From the NCBI GenBank assembly GCA_003707115.1, contig PPNB01000015.1:124001-188000 (forward strand): DNA of 64,000 nucleotides, read 5' to 3'. Positions 11,744 through 23,107 of this stretch are shown piece by piece. The first letter of the stretch is position 1, and the number at the start of each line of letters is the position of its first letter. The position numbers and the translations under genes are program-made. Below the pieces are notes generated by a model. The model did no database searches. It had not been told where the DNA came from and worked only from the letters and a program-made list of their open reading frames with translations. The DNA is from Tortispora ganteri (Eukaryota).

Positions 11744-12391
11744 CTAGATGCTGAAAACAGCTAAGAGTGCAACTGTGGAGACAATGAGTCCGACCAATGA
11801 AGGAGCAGAGGTCATAGCAGCACCAGTAGAAGAGGGAGAAGCGGACGCAGAGGATGAGGAAGAGGTGGAAGAAGTGGATGTAGTGGACGAATGGGCAGAA
11901 GTAGAGGAGTGCTCAGAGGAAGAGTGATCGGAAGAGTGCGCCGCAGACGAAGATGAAGAGTCTGCGGACGAGGGTTCGGAGGAAGAAGGCTCAGAAGAAG
12001 AAGTTGTAGAAGAAGAAGTTTCAGAAGAAGAAGGCTCAGAAGAAGTTTCAGAAGAAGGCTCAGAAGAAGAAGATTCAGAAGTGAAAGATGACGCAGGAGC
12101 CGAGGAAGACGAAGAAGCGACGGAAAGGTCAACGGTTTGTCCACCTACAGTGGAGCATTGGGAAACGAAATAATCAGCTGCGTCGGCCTGGTCATCACTT
12201 GGGCAATGTTGTTGGATGCAGCTGCTGAAGTCAGAGCCGGCAGAGCATATGCAAGAAAAATCGCTATTGCCACTACAAGAATTTTCTTTAGAGACAGAAG
12301 TTACACACCAAAGGACACAAGCCATGGGGTTATCGGCCTTGACCGATACAATCGACAAAAAGAGAGCAAGAATGAAAGAATAAGAACGCAT
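11744..12391 (-). CDS. CFEM-domain GPI-anchored cell wall protein (Ccw14/Ssr1-like)
   Basis: Signal peptide, 8-Cys CFEM pattern (PMACVLWC...C....D.SCIC...CIQQHCP...C), Ser-rich stalk and hydrophobic GPI-signal tail after STGAA. Confidence 0.88.
   Translation of the reverse strand: MRSYSFILALFLSIVSVKADNPMACVLWCVTSVSKENSCSGNSDFSCICSAGSDFSSCIQQHCPSDDQADAADYFVSQCSTVGGQTVDLSVASSSSSAPASSFTSESSSSEPSSETSSEPSSSETSSSTTSSSEPSSSEPSSADSSSSSAAHSSDHSSSEHSSTSAHSSTTSTSSTSSSSSASASPSSTGAAMTSAPSLVGLIVSTVALLAVFSI
11971..12080. repeat. Degenerate coding minisatellite (SSSEP/SSSET units) in the CFEM protein stalk
   Basis: Repeated agaagaaggctc / agaagaagtttc units are visible on the + strand. Confidence 0.7.
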
Positions 12392-13021
12392 TATGTACAG
12401 TGTATTTGTATATGCAAAAGAGCGTAAATCAATAAAGAGCTAGAATAGCAACAATACGCGTAACTAAATAAACAATGTAGTGAAAGGTTGGAAAAAAAAA
12501 GTGAAGATTCTGAATGTAACGGAGATGTAGAGGTTTTCCGTTAGTTTCTTTTCGCGCGCCCTTACCACACCCAATCGGGCAACTTAAAAAAGTTTATTTT
12601 ATTTATGTTGCAGCCACAATCGCGAGGGAATTACCTTCAGCCATTTATACTAAATAGAGAGATAAAGAAACAAGGAAACAAACAATAAAATAAAAAAAAA
12701 ATCAAATGCAATTATATAAGTTTTAAATAAACAGAGAAGAAACTCCGCAGGGCCGGCTAGCAGTAGAATAAAGGGCGTAACAGCATGCAAGTAATATGAA
12801 TCATACCTCGGCCAAAGTTAACGTTTTGATGACTTTAAGTTTAATAGTGATATTCGGTTTGGTCCAGAACGTCGTTCTTCGAACTAGGCAAGATGTGATT
12901 GTGATTGTGCGAGCGCGATTGAAATCAAACAAATTATAGTGTGATTGTTAGTATTTGAAACGCAAATAAGTCAGAAATTGAACGCAAAGCTCATGTCTGG
13001 TGAGTGGAGTCAATGTGCAGA

Positions 13022-13885
13022 CTAATAGTACTTGCCGTTGTACGGCTGGTTCGTATACGGACCTTGTGCATACACAATAGGCCGATCTTCACTTCCAAAA
13101 GACTGAGATCGCTTTCGAGTAGATGCACAACAGCATATGCTTATGAACCAACATATAGTACCGATAAACATGATTCCTGTAGCAACCCATGTGACAATCA
13201 AGTTCTGAGTGTTTACAGCAGCCGTTAAACCAAACTGTTCGGTGTACTTGTTAACTTCACTTTGGATCACGTTAGCAACAAATGTAGCTAATGCAGACGC
13301 GATTATCATGCAGATAGTAGCAGCAGTAGCGACTATGCTGACACAGCAAAGGCCAAATCGTGACGCGTGAGAGCAAAAGCTGCAAATGAAGGTGATAACA
13401 GATAACCCAAACGCGGCACAGTAGAATGAGAACATTGCCTTGCTTGCCGTAGTATACGTATCAAGTACAGTCTGTACTTCGTTGTATACGCTGTCATCTG
13501 TTTGTAAAAGCGTAGTGACCAATGAACTGGTGGTATCGCCGAGCACGTTTTCTAGCGATAAAGCAAAAGCGGGAACTGGGTCCGTGCAGTTTATAATAGT
13601 TGACTCCTGTTCGATACAGTAACCCCATAATCCGACATTAATAGTTCCGTTAAGTCGCGTTAAGTCGAAAGCACTCAGAGCTAACTTAATGAATTCTTGT
13701 ATTTCTTCTGACGTTTCTGATGACAAACCATACAAATCTGACGTATCAAAACTATATACATAGTATTGATTCAGTACAGCCATGTTTTTAATCGAGCCAA
13801 AGAATGGGAAAACGAGCAGTACGATCGCAACTGCAGTGAGCAAAGTGGGGAACATCAATATGCATAGTTTCTTGATGGCGCTCAT
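13022..13885 (-). CDS. SUR7/PalI-family tetraspan membrane protein
   Basis: One N-terminal TM, extracellular loop with claudin-like GLWGYC...C motif, three further TMs and a Cys-rich juxtamembrane tail. Confidence 0.82.
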   Translation of the reverse strand: MSAIKKLCILMFPTLLTAVAIVLLVFPFFGSIKNMAVLNQYYVYSFDTSDLYGLSSETSEEIQEFIKLALSAFDLTRLNGTINVGLWGYCIEQESTIINCTDPVPAFALSLENVLGDTTSSLVTTLLQTDDSVYNEVQTVLDTYTTASKAMFSFYCAAFGLSVITFICSFCSHASRFGLCCVSIVATAATICMIIASALATFVANVIQSEVNKYTEQFGLTAAVNTQNLIVTWVATGIMFIGTICWFISICCCASTRKRSQSFGSEDRPIVYAQGPYTNQPYNGKYY

Positions 13886-14448
13886 TGTGAATGTAGAATA
13901 ATGCTAGTCGAATGACAAGTGAAGACGTTTCAGACGTTAAAGTGAGGGCAAAAATCCTGTGGTTGGTTGTAAATGCCAAACCAAAAAAAGGGGGTAAAAA
14001 TAAAGGATGCTAAACTTGAGAAAGAAAAAGGTTGGAATTCTACCTCAAATCTGTGAAAAAATGTTAGCTTTGATTAAGTAAAAAAATGAAAAATGCGATA
14101 AACTGAGAAATAGTATTAAATATGAATATATTCGTAAATATAGTATAAAAGCCTCTATATATATCGTCAAAATCGATCGCGTATTTGGGTTACATACAAC
14201 CCAGCCTTGTTACTATTTTTAGCCAAACTTTAACTTACTACCACGAAATTACATGTAGCCAATCATGAACTGCACACAGTGGACGGATGATGAACATAAT
14301 AACCTGTTACTATTGGCTATAATAGGTACCTTAAACCTTATGAGATAAAACGGGTCGATACCAAGACTCCGGATCATCAGTAAAATCAGTTTACTTAAAA
14401 TATATAGACTAATAACTAAGCCACAATGTTGAACGTGCGCATGTCGGA

Positions 14449-17400
14449 CTAATCATAATACCTCACAATAATGATTGGAATTGCCTTTCTAATAGAAGAT
14501 GCTGTTTCTGCTACTGCGCCTTCGGAGACGCAATGGTCATCGCTGTCTGACGAGAAGCAGAATGCCAGGTTCTCCTGTGTTTTATTTGTGACCGTTGATT
14601 GAGAGTCGTCTCTATATTTTAAATCGGATGTTGCAACGTTCACAGTTTCAGCTACTGGCAAAAAGGAGTCACGACGCTTCTTGAAGGTGACTGCGGTAAA
14701 TTGTTCAAGCCTTGATTCACTCGTTGTTTCGTTATAGGTATTTGTGCTGAATTGGTGCTCCAGTACTGATATAGGTATATGTGATTGATGCAGATATTCA
14801 ATGTTATGACTCATTTGAGGTATTGGTATTCCTGCTAGGGTATCCAGTATAAGAATTTGCGATTTGTTTCCGCTAAGTTTCATTAGATTCTTTTCGGGTA
14901 TTAATTGTCTATTTTGATCATGAATTGAATTGTACTTCTTGGCATACGCGACTGCAAACTTCTTAAATTTACCAAATGGAACTTTGGAATTCAATTCTAT
15001 AAGTCTGCTAGTCAAAAGTCGATGCTTTTCCACAATTTTGGCGTGAAGGTTCAGTGATATATCTTTGCTTAAAGCAACTAGATTGGTAAAAAGCCGATGA
15101 GCTTCATGCAAAGCACCGAAAGGATTTAAAATTGCAATTGCTGTGTTCCAAAGCATAATAGTAATGCGTTCTGCCCGGGATATGTCCAATAACCTCATAC
15201 ATTCTTGCAAATAATGTTCAATTGCATGGTCGTATGTATTGCGTAGCCGTTTAATTCCTCCTTCAGAAGACTGACTGATCACATGCAATACAAGTCCATT
15301 TAGAGAAGAATTATCATTAGAGTTCTCCATGTAATGAGAGCGGACAACAGAAGAAATAACCGCCTCATTTAATTCCAAGGAGCCTGGGTAGACCAAAAGC
15401 ACAGAAAGTATGAAGTCGACATATATTGTATTGACACTCATGGTTTCAATAAAATTGGTGATTCGAGTTTTGGCCTTTTTCCAACTTTGTGTCTTCAGAA
15501 GCGCCTCAATTTCGATAACAGTTAATAAGTGAGACATCTCAACAACAATAGTTGCAATTTGTTTATTCGTTATATAACTCGACGCTGTTATAAGATCATT
15601 TTTGCGCGTTAATTGTGCGTTTAAGCGCAATAGAGTGTTATAATCTAAGATATCGCTGCTGCATGTCTCGAGTTCCATAAACTCTTGAAGGGTTTTTAAT
15701 TGAAGCGCCGAATAATTCATGGCCTCCATTAAAAATGAATCATTGATAAAGACACAGTCAATATGGAATCTTAGATTCCATATGAGTTCGATTGTCAAAT
15801 ATTTTGCAAAGGAGAATGAAAATGGTATTGCTTGTAATGCAGCCTGTACGATATTTCCCATAGCTTTAGAATATAGAAATGAGATCTCGTACTTGTGAGC
15901 ATGCAAGGCCAATTTTTGAACCAATATTTTGAAAGCTCTTATCATTTGCTTCGAGCTCATTGGTACAGAAACAAAAGATTTTAACTTGCAAGATTGTAAA
16001 AGCATTGTTGTAAGTGCATATGCGTAAGGTAAGAAGTTGTATGAGCATCTATCATCCGAGAGGAGTATGTTTATAGTACGTTCAAGTGTAAGCATAGCTA
16101 CTTCATCACTTTCGTACTTAACTGCATCATTAAATATCTCCAAAAATCTCTCGATAGAGCAATCTTGGATTGTCAGTAACATATATTCATATGCTTTCAA
16201 TGCCATTAACCCATCATTGATTCTGCAGACAAGGTTCATATATAGTGCTTGAGATTGAGTATGACTTAGCAGTAAATTTTCGTATTCTAAAGCTATTGAA
16301 CGGGCTTGATCGGTTTTGTTGTTTTCAATTGCCATTTCTATTCGAGCGCAAACAACTTCGCGTAGATCAGGGATATGCAACAGTCCTTTAAATGAAAGGC
16401 AATAAGCCGCATATAAAAGCCGTGCAATTTGGTAGTTTTGGTTATGTCTTTCTCTTAAAGCACAATGCCGTAAAATTTCGCGGCATTTAGTGATTGTGCT
16501 AGATTTTAATATATTTTTGTAGGTTCCGCGGTATATTGCAGCAAAGAGGTCGAGCAAAGTACAGACATGTGTTTCAGTTAAATTTTTGATGCTTGAGAAT
16601 GCTTCAAAAAATATTAGCATGCAATAATTAAGAATATGGATGTTTAGAGGAATAATTTGGTCAATAGCTAGAATTGACAGAACTTCACAGCATTCCGCAT
16701 GAGTGATAATAGAAGTAGCGGATTTTATAAGGGTCAAAGACTCTGAGCAGTAAAACTCTTCATTCTCTGTAGATTGATCAATAAGTTGAATTGTTCTGAC
16801 AATCTGTGGGTATATTATTTTATGATTTCGATTGTGGTATAAGTAGAATTTGAGTTCTACAGCCTGATAGCTGAATGTACTTCTTAAAGAATGTGATTTT
16901 CTCAGAAAGAACTGAAATTCTGTAGAATTCTCAATTAAAAGGCATGCAAGTCCATACCATATAGGAAGTTGTAAATGACTAAGTTTGCTTCGCGAATGCG
17001 GTTCGAGGTCATCGTATGTTAGAAGCATAAGGTGATATGCAAAGCAGTAAGGTACATGTGATACACGTAAATCTTCAGTAGCGACTTGTTGCGCTAAAGC
17101 GACAAGAGCTCCAATAGTATAAGCCAAATATGATGGATTTAGTGGATTGAGTACTAAATCCAAGAGTATTTTAGGCAACTTACGATCAGTTTGCAGTCTA
17201 TAAGCCAAAGTTGTAATGAAACTTTTGTAAGAAGATATTGGTTTCTTTAAAAATGTGCTAACCACAGAGTCATTTGAATCAAAAAGGCCAATTATATTTG
17301 TTAATAGCCATTCCGTGTAAACATGGTCAGCAGTTTCTGTGCATTTGCATATCCCTAATAAGCCGAACAGGAATAATCGCGTACTCACGGTACCAGTAGA

Positions 17401-17697
17401 GCTAGATTGTACGGAGCATTTTAGTCTTTGAGCGACAAATCCAATACGATACCAGTTAGCACCTGCGACATTGATAAGAATAGATTCAATAGATATTCCG
17501 AAACTTTGGTCACAAATTTCAAGAATTTGTGTTTTTGTGCAGTCATTTACATTATAGTTCGATGGTAAAGCTCTTTCTAAGTGCACCAATGCATCATAAA
17601 CAGTTTCAGGATGAGCCTCAATGCATTCCCTTTTTTTTAAAGCACAATTAGCATTATCTAAACATCTAAATAAAACTGCAGAATTAAAATCCTCCAT
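14449..17697 (-). CDS. SPO22: Large alpha-helical/TPR-like protein; probable highly diverged meiotic Spo22/Zip4 (TEX11)
   Basis: 1082-aa uninterrupted ORF. The segment ILRHCALRERHNQNYQIARLLY...AIENNKTDQARSIALEYE...SQALYMNLVCRINDGLMALKAY follows the helical/TPR pattern of the central Zip4/TEX11 block, and MLWNTAI matches its C-terminal W-N-x-A motif. Pattern-level similarity only. Confidence 0.5.
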   Translation of the reverse strand: MEDFNSAVLFRCLDNANCALKKRECIEAHPETVYDALVHLERALPSNYNVNDCTKTQILEICDQSFGISIESILINVAGANWYRIGFVAQRLKCSVQSSSTGTVSTRLFLFGLLGICKCTETADHVYTEWLLTNIIGLFDSNDSVVSTFLKKPISSYKSFITTLAYRLQTDRKLPKILLDLVLNPLNPSYLAYTIGALVALAQQVATEDLRVSHVPYCFAYHLMLLTYDDLEPHSRSKLSHLQLPIWYGLACLLIENSTEFQFFLRKSHSLRSTFSYQAVELKFYLYHNRNHKIIYPQIVRTIQLIDQSTENEEFYCSESLTLIKSATSIITHAECCEVLSILAIDQIIPLNIHILNYCMLIFFEAFSSIKNLTETHVCTLLDLFAAIYRGTYKNILKSSTITKCREILRHCALRERHNQNYQIARLLYAAYCLSFKGLLHIPDLREVVCARIEMAIENNKTDQARSIALEYENLLLSHTQSQALYMNLVCRINDGLMALKAYEYMLLTIQDCSIERFLEIFNDAVKYESDEVAMLTLERTINILLSDDRCSYNFLPYAYALTTMLLQSCKLKSFVSVPMSSKQMIRAFKILVQKLALHAHKYEISFLYSKAMGNIVQAALQAIPFSFSFAKYLTIELIWNLRFHIDCVFINDSFLMEAMNYSALQLKTLQEFMELETCSSDILDYNTLLRLNAQLTRKNDLITASSYITNKQIATIVVEMSHLLTVIEIEALLKTQSWKKAKTRITNFIETMSVNTIYVDFILSVLLVYPGSLELNEAVISSVVRSHYMENSNDNSSLNGLVLHVISQSSEGGIKRLRNTYDHAIEHYLQECMRLLDISRAERITIMLWNTAIAILNPFGALHEAHRLFTNLVALSKDISLNLHAKIVEKHRLLTSRLIELNSKVPFGKFKKFAVAYAKKYNSIHDQNRQLIPEKNLMKLSGNKSQILILDTLAGIPIPQMSHNIEYLHQSHIPISVLEHQFSTNTYNETTSESRLEQFTAVTFKKRRDSFLPVAETVNVATSDLKYRDDSQSTVTNKTQENLAFCFSSDSDDHCVSEGAVAETASSIRKAIPIIIVRYYD

Positions 17698-17827
17698 GAA
17701 CCGTGTAGCATTAAGAATTTTGGGTGGAGTTGTAATAAATATAAGTGCTTAGTAGGTCCATACAATTAAGCTTTTTATAGCATCTAAGCATTAATGTGCA
17801 TGTGACAATTTCGTTACTTAAACTAAC

Positions 17828-19039
17828 ATGAAAACTCCTAGATCTATTAAAGCAGCATTAGCTGCATATTTAACGGCATACTCTATATATGTTGGACCTT
17901 CACTTTTTATGCAGATTGCTAAATCAATATATAGCCGTAAACCTCTTAAAGCACAGACTCTTCTTTTAAAGGAATCTGAACCACGTAGGTTCCCGGCATT
18001 CTGCGCGTACCTCGTCTTGCTAATTCTTTCGTTCGACTCCGCGCTTAAAGGCACTATTAAAAATAAAACAACTAGAAGTAGATTATCTGCATTTATTGGT
18101 GCATATGCTGCCACGAATTTGTTCTCTTACTTAAATAGACACAATCGCAAAGCACTATCTCTACTATCTTCAGTCACTTCTGTTCGATCGCTTGACGCGA
18201 TTTTAGTAAAAAACGTTATCGGCATCTCCAAAACAAAATTATCGAACTACTATTCACTTATATTTATTTTATCATGCTGGAGGATTATGTACTGCTGGTT
18301 TTACTACCCGGCAAAGCTCCCTGGATATTACAACCAATGGATCACCAGAATGGCCGATACAGATTCTCGTCTTTTAGAAGCGCTTAAACGTCTTCATTTT
18401 GGATCACTTAAGTACGGCTTTGAATCTGGATCTTCTGAAGATCTTCAGGATTATGCAGAATCTTTACAACTTCCAAGGGACGCAGGAAACCCTGCAAAAG
18501 TTGTCCCTATTCCATGTTCACTCATTCATCATAACATTTCACCCTCCTGTGAAATACACAGCCTTTATCGCTGGTACAAGCTATTTGTCTCTGCTATGTC
18601 TATATACTTGCCTCTTCATGTTTTTTTGCGACTGAGACGTAAGGGGCCATCTGCAATTACGTACGCTTTTATTGATGCTACACGCTCTTCATCATTCCTG
18701 GCTATTTTCACCGCCAGCATATGGTACACTGTCTGTTTTTGTCGCACACACCTAACAAAAGCCTTCAAGTTGCCACCTGGATATACTGACGTGACTATTG
18801 GTCCTCTTATCGGATGTCTAGTTTGCGGATTCAGTATATTCCTAGAAAAACCATCACGAAGATCAGACCTAGCGCTCTTCGTCGCCCCGTTTGCACTCCG
18901 TTCGTTCATTCCTTCTTCACCAAATTTAGATGCACTACAAAGTTCGCTAGGCTTCTCTTATATGATCACAGCTGCGCGTGAAAACCCCGAAAGTGTCCGT
19001 CTGGGGAAACTTATTAATCGTCTTTTTGGATCTACGTGA
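17828..19039 (+). CDS. TMEM135-like (peroxisomal/mitochondrial) membrane protein
   Basis: IMYCWFYYPAKLP.YY..WI..MA, IPC.LIH....SC..H, IYLPLH, RSSSFLA and LEKPSRR.DLALFV.P..L motifs. Confidence 0.8.
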   Translation: MKTPRSIKAALAAYLTAYSIYVGPSLFMQIAKSIYSRKPLKAQTLLLKESEPRRFPAFCAYLVLLILSFDSALKGTIKNKTTRSRLSAFIGAYAATNLFSYLNRHNRKALSLLSSVTSVRSLDAILVKNVIGISKTKLSNYYSLIFILSCWRIMYCWFYYPAKLPGYYNQWITRMADTDSRLLEALKRLHFGSLKYGFESGSSEDLQDYAESLQLPRDAGNPAKVVPIPCSLIHHNISPSCEIHSLYRWYKLFVSAMSIYLPLHVFLRLRRKGPSAITYAFIDATRSSSFLAIFTASIWYTVCFCRTHLTKAFKLPPGYTDVTIGPLIGCLVCGFSIFLEKPSRRSDLALFVAPFALRSFIPSSPNLDALQSSLGFSYMITAARENPESVRLGKLINRLFGST

Positions 19040-19198
19040 ACCTGCAAAATTTATAACAATAAACTTCCTTTTTTGACGATACCTGCCGCTAAAGATTTCC
19101 ATTCACTTAAACCTTTTTTATTTATCTTTATTTATTGATTCAAGAAAATAAAAACTGTACTATTTAGGAACAGTAAATCGTTTAAATAGAGCCACATA

Positions 19199-22100
19199 TT
19201 ACATAACATTGGAACTCGCTGCCATAGCTCGACTTACCTCAAGGAGCCTTTTAACTCCGACCATCCATTGTCCACATTCTTCCATGTGCTCCGTCTGAAT
19301 GCCAATCTGTATAGCTAAGGCCGAATCATAATCGTGTGCCTGCAACTTCGAAATAAGTCCATTCAGTTCGTTTACTAGTCCTTCACTTAATTCAGAATTG
19401 TTCAAGTGATCAAAAAGAATGTTCAAGCGCCGCTGCGCATCTTTCACAGCACGTGCATGCTGAGGAGGTACGATAGTGACAACTCGTTCCATTTCTCGGC
19501 TTAACACTTCATATATATTAACAGAAGAAGGCGGAATATGTGTCCTGTCGCCACGCGGGTGTTTGGGGACAGCTGACACGGTAGGCTGTCGCAGTCTGGG
19601 TGCATGAGCTTCTGATCTCGCCGGGGATGGTGGCTGAGCAGGGAACGGTTCTATGCCACCTCCCGGTACCGAAGAACTGGATAAATCTGGAGTGTACAAC
19701 GCAGAAGGCGTTCGCGATACTGGCGCCGGTACCGCGGGCGGCGGGCGGGGAACACCAACTGCAGGATTCACAGTCGCATTAGTAGGAGGCGGTGGTGAAA
19801 GTACTGGAGGTGGAGCGTATGCGTTAGACAGGGGAGCCGTGCTTCCATTAGATGGTCCCAGGGATGATGAGTCTATAGCATTGCTCGCAACATTGCCATA
19901 TCCATTAGCACGTTGCGGAGGACGCGGTAAAGGAGGTTGCTGCTGTTGCTGCGATTGATCAGGAACAATGCCGTCTCCCATTCCGAGTCCAATATTGGTC
20001 GCAACTGAAGACACTCTACTTAATGATGCTCCTTTAGGGGGTGGTGGGATCACATTCATAGAACTCTGCCTGCTGATAGACTGGAATCCTGACAGTGAAG
20101 GAGATTGAGCAGCTACCGCATTATTCTGCATAAGCTGCTGGCCTGGGAAAGGCGAAGCTGTGGGCGCTGTGCTCTGAGAAGCAGGAGCTCGTCGAGAGCT
20201 CGGTAGCGTGTGCGCAGGTGGTAAATCGTTCCATGCTCCAGTATCCTGAGGATAAACAAAGTGAGACTTAGGTGGGGGAGCCACATGCGACTCAACTTCG
20301 TGTTTATGCTGAATAGCAGACTGCACAGATTCAGGCATTCCAACAACAGTATGGCTAGGAGTAGGAATCATTGGACGGTTGGCTGAGCGGTTCACAATAG
20401 ACTGAGGATCGGGAACGGAGGGTGCATTCTGACCGGGGGTTCTGGAAGAGGTATAATTATTGTAAGGAGGAGCATAGGTCGACTGACCAGGAGCTGAAAA
20501 AGAAGCAGTTGATGGTAAAGGTTCATTCGGCCTCGAGCGCGAGCCGTATGGAGATCCATACATAGAATTGTAAGGAGTAGTGGATCGAGAAATCTGGCTA
20601 GCAGCAGTTCTAGCCGGTACCGCTTTTTCAGTAAGCTTAGTAATTCTTTCACGTTCGAATTTTGCTTCGGGATAGTTTGCAGGAATCCAGACCGCAAATT
20701 TTGTTGCTAGATCGCCATGTCCAAATTCAGCCGCGATATCTGCATACTCAATAGCTACTGCATAAAGGTTGCGCAGCTTATAGGATTCTGCTTCCTTAGA
20801 ACTACTATTAAGATCGGGATCTTGAAACTTAACAGCATCCATAAATATGACCACTTTCTCAAGTAGTTCTTGCAATACCTTGACATGAATATCAAATGCA
20901 CTAGACGAGTCATATGAAGTTGAGTGAAGTAGTATGTCTTCCTTTTCTTTCATTTCTTCTAGCCAAATATCTACCACCCTATCTAAACAGTTTCCAGATA
21001 GATAGCAGATTAAGGCATTCCTTCTATTCTCATCACCCAACCTGGTAGATTCACGTGCGGAATTCAACCTATCACCGAGAACAGATACAAGTTCTTTAAA
21101 TTTGTCACCGGAGTGACTAACAATAACCGCAAGGATATCCTTCCAATGGTATAAATCAGCCTCACGTACTAGATCCGCAAGATCATTGTAAGAAATACCA
21201 TATAATATCCGAGCGTGAGGACTAGAGCCGATGTATTTATCAAAGTAAGCTTTGGATGCTTTTTTCTGGCATTTATCTCCACCCAAATTAGCAATAGCAA
21301 AAGCATCAGTCAGCATATCATTCTCCAGACATAAATCGACAGCGTCTTCGTACATACCGCTAATGATATACTTTGTAATGGTAGTAATGTGTTCCGGATT
21401 TGCAAGAGGAAACATATCAAATGATCCGAAATGAATATTAGATAGAGCCGGTGCAACAGAAGCACCAGAAATGCTTGTTCGATTCAAATCAGCTGGAAAT
21501 GTACCGGAATTTACTTCAGGTGTTTGCGTAGACATTTGGAGGAAAAAGTCGCCCCCGTTGGAATCCAGGGAATGGCGTACAGAAGTAGGGCCAGGAGCTT
21601 TTAAAGACTCGACAGGCATATCTGATTCAACAATAGCCGACTCGGATGATGCAGTAGCGCCGTTAACTTTAGAAACAGGTTTGTCGTATCCGATGTATTC
21701 CAATACATCAAATTTAGAGCCAAGTTCCAACATGGGCTTAAGCATCTGCCACTCAAAGGCCTCAGGATTTTCAGCAATGCGATTATCAATAACCGCGTTC
21801 ATGTCTTTGTTTTCCATAGCAGATTTGAAGGTGGAAAAACTAGATTCCAGTTCATTACTGCAAGAATATTTGCTGATTTTGACAACCGATTTTCCGGTGG
21901 TCTTGTCGGTAAAAACGCATGGAAGTTTACCCCCGAATCCGAAAGTAGCAGAAACTGGTCTTTTAAGCCACTTAGGAGGTTGAGTAAGGGAGTACTCCTT
22001 CACAGTACTCACAGGAGCACTTGAGGAAATACCCTGCCAAAAATCGTTCTCAGATTGCTGAATTGCGGCAGAGTCATCAGCCTTGGAGGAAAGATTTTGG

Positions 22101-23107
22101 AGCGACCTAACAGAAATGCTACCCTGATATGATGCAGTAGCAAATGTATTTGGATTAACAGGATTCCAAGCAACCTGAAATTCCCAATTGCCAGTAGGAG
22201 AATATTCGCCAAGCATTTGGGCTGTTATTGGGTTCCAAATAATTGTGCGATCGTCCATACCACAAGAAATTAGAAGAGATGGGTCCTGTTTACACCATTG
22301 GGCTGAAAGAACACCTTTAGTGTGACCTTTGAGAGTATGCTCAGGAGAGGTAGCATTACGCAAATCCCATATACATAAGTCACCAGCAGAGTCACTTGCG
22401 CATCCAGTTAGCAGTTTGGTAGAAGATGTAGGGTTCCAACTGACAGCTGCAATAGCACCTCTGGCAGCTGCTCCTGCGACTTGAATACGCAAAATTTCGC
22501 GCTTTTGGCGTAAGTCAAAAATTGATGCAAAGCCAGTAGAGCTTCCTGTTGCCAGTACTGGTGCATGCATTGAATTCCAGGCGGCGGATTCAATAGTATC
22601 CAGTCCTATAGATTGAACGGATGGTTTTATGGGGGTATCAAGATGGTTTAAATCCCAAATAAAAATCTCATCCTTAGCTGCACCAGACACAAATAAGTTG
22701 TGGTCAAGTAGGTTAAAGTCTATAGATTTGACTGGGCCTGAGTGAGCTGCAAGAGAAGTAATGAGACTCTGGCTACCCATTCCATTGACAATTCTAGCAC
22801 CATCCCAAAGGCCTATTTGACCTGTTTCAAGAGCACCAAGTAAGATTCCTTGAGGATTGGATGGTAGAGCCGGAGACCATTGCAAAGCGGAGAACTGAGA
22901 ATCACAAGGCACTGAAGTTACTGGTGTGACATCATCAGAACTAAAGGCTTTTACTAAGGATTCAATATTCCAAAGATCGATTGATGGGGTAGAAGTAAAA
23001 TTTGAATCTATCACACCGGCTTTTGAGGCGGTTGCAATATATTGCGGGTCCGAAGAAGGAGACCATGCAAAGGCACCGAGACGCGGTATCGGTGCAAACC
23101 GTGTCAT
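19199..23107 (-). CDS. SEC31: COPII outer coat subunit Sec31
   Basis: N-terminal WD40 propeller (FAWSP, WDLRN), PKWLKRPVSATFGFGGK, ACE1 helical region, Pro-rich region and C-terminal RLNILFDHLNN...WMVGVKRL. Confidence 0.96.
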   Translation of the reverse strand: MTRFAPIPRLGAFAWSPSSDPQYIATASKAGVIDSNFTSTPSIDLWNIESLVKAFSSDDVTPVTSVPCDSQFSALQWSPALPSNPQGILLGALETGQIGLWDGARIVNGMGSQSLITSLAAHSGPVKSIDFNLLDHNLFVSGAAKDEIFIWDLNHLDTPIKPSVQSIGLDTIESAAWNSMHAPVLATGSSTGFASIFDLRQKREILRIQVAGAAARGAIAAVSWNPTSSTKLLTGCASDSAGDLCIWDLRNATSPEHTLKGHTKGVLSAQWCKQDPSLLISCGMDDRTIIWNPITAQMLGEYSPTGNWEFQVAWNPVNPNTFATASYQGSISVRSLQNLSSKADDSAAIQQSENDFWQGISSSAPVSTVKEYSLTQPPKWLKRPVSATFGFGGKLPCVFTDKTTGKSVVKISKYSCSNELESSFSTFKSAMENKDMNAVIDNRIAENPEAFEWQMLKPMLELGSKFDVLEYIGYDKPVSKVNGATASSESAIVESDMPVESLKAPGPTSVRHSLDSNGGDFFLQMSTQTPEVNSGTFPADLNRTSISGASVAPALSNIHFGSFDMFPLANPEHITTITKYIISGMYEDAVDLCLENDMLTDAFAIANLGGDKCQKKASKAYFDKYIGSSPHARILYGISYNDLADLVREADLYHWKDILAVIVSHSGDKFKELVSVLGDRLNSARESTRLGDENRRNALICYLSGNCLDRVVDIWLEEMKEKEDILLHSTSYDSSSAFDIHVKVLQELLEKVVIFMDAVKFQDPDLNSSSKEAESYKLRNLYAVAIEYADIAAEFGHGDLATKFAVWIPANYPEAKFERERITKLTEKAVPARTAASQISRSTTPYNSMYGSPYGSRSRPNEPLPSTASFSAPGQSTYAPPYNNYTSSRTPGQNAPSVPDPQSIVNRSANRPMIPTPSHTVVGMPESVQSAIQHKHEVESHVAPPPKSHFVYPQDTGAWNDLPPAHTLPSSRRAPASQSTAPTASPFPGQQLMQNNAVAAQSPSLSGFQSISRQSSMNVIPPPPKGASLSRVSSVATNIGLGMGDGIVPDQSQQQQQPPLPRPPQRANGYGNVASNAIDSSSLGPSNGSTAPLSNAYAPPPVLSPPPPTNATVNPAVGVPRPPPAVPAPVSRTPSALYTPDLSSSSVPGGGIEPFPAQPPSPARSEAHAPRLRQPTVSAVPKHPRGDRTHIPPSSVNIYEVLSREMERVVTIVPPQHARAVKDAQRRLNILFDHLNNSELSEGLVNELNGLISKLQAHDYDSALAIQIGIQTEHMEECGQWMVGVKRLLEVSRAMAASSNVM

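Noticed and set aside
11812..12144. 110-aa Leu/Pro-rich ORF inside the CFEM gene
   Set aside because: It is the alternative-frame shadow of TCT-rich Ser repeats, which lack stop codons.
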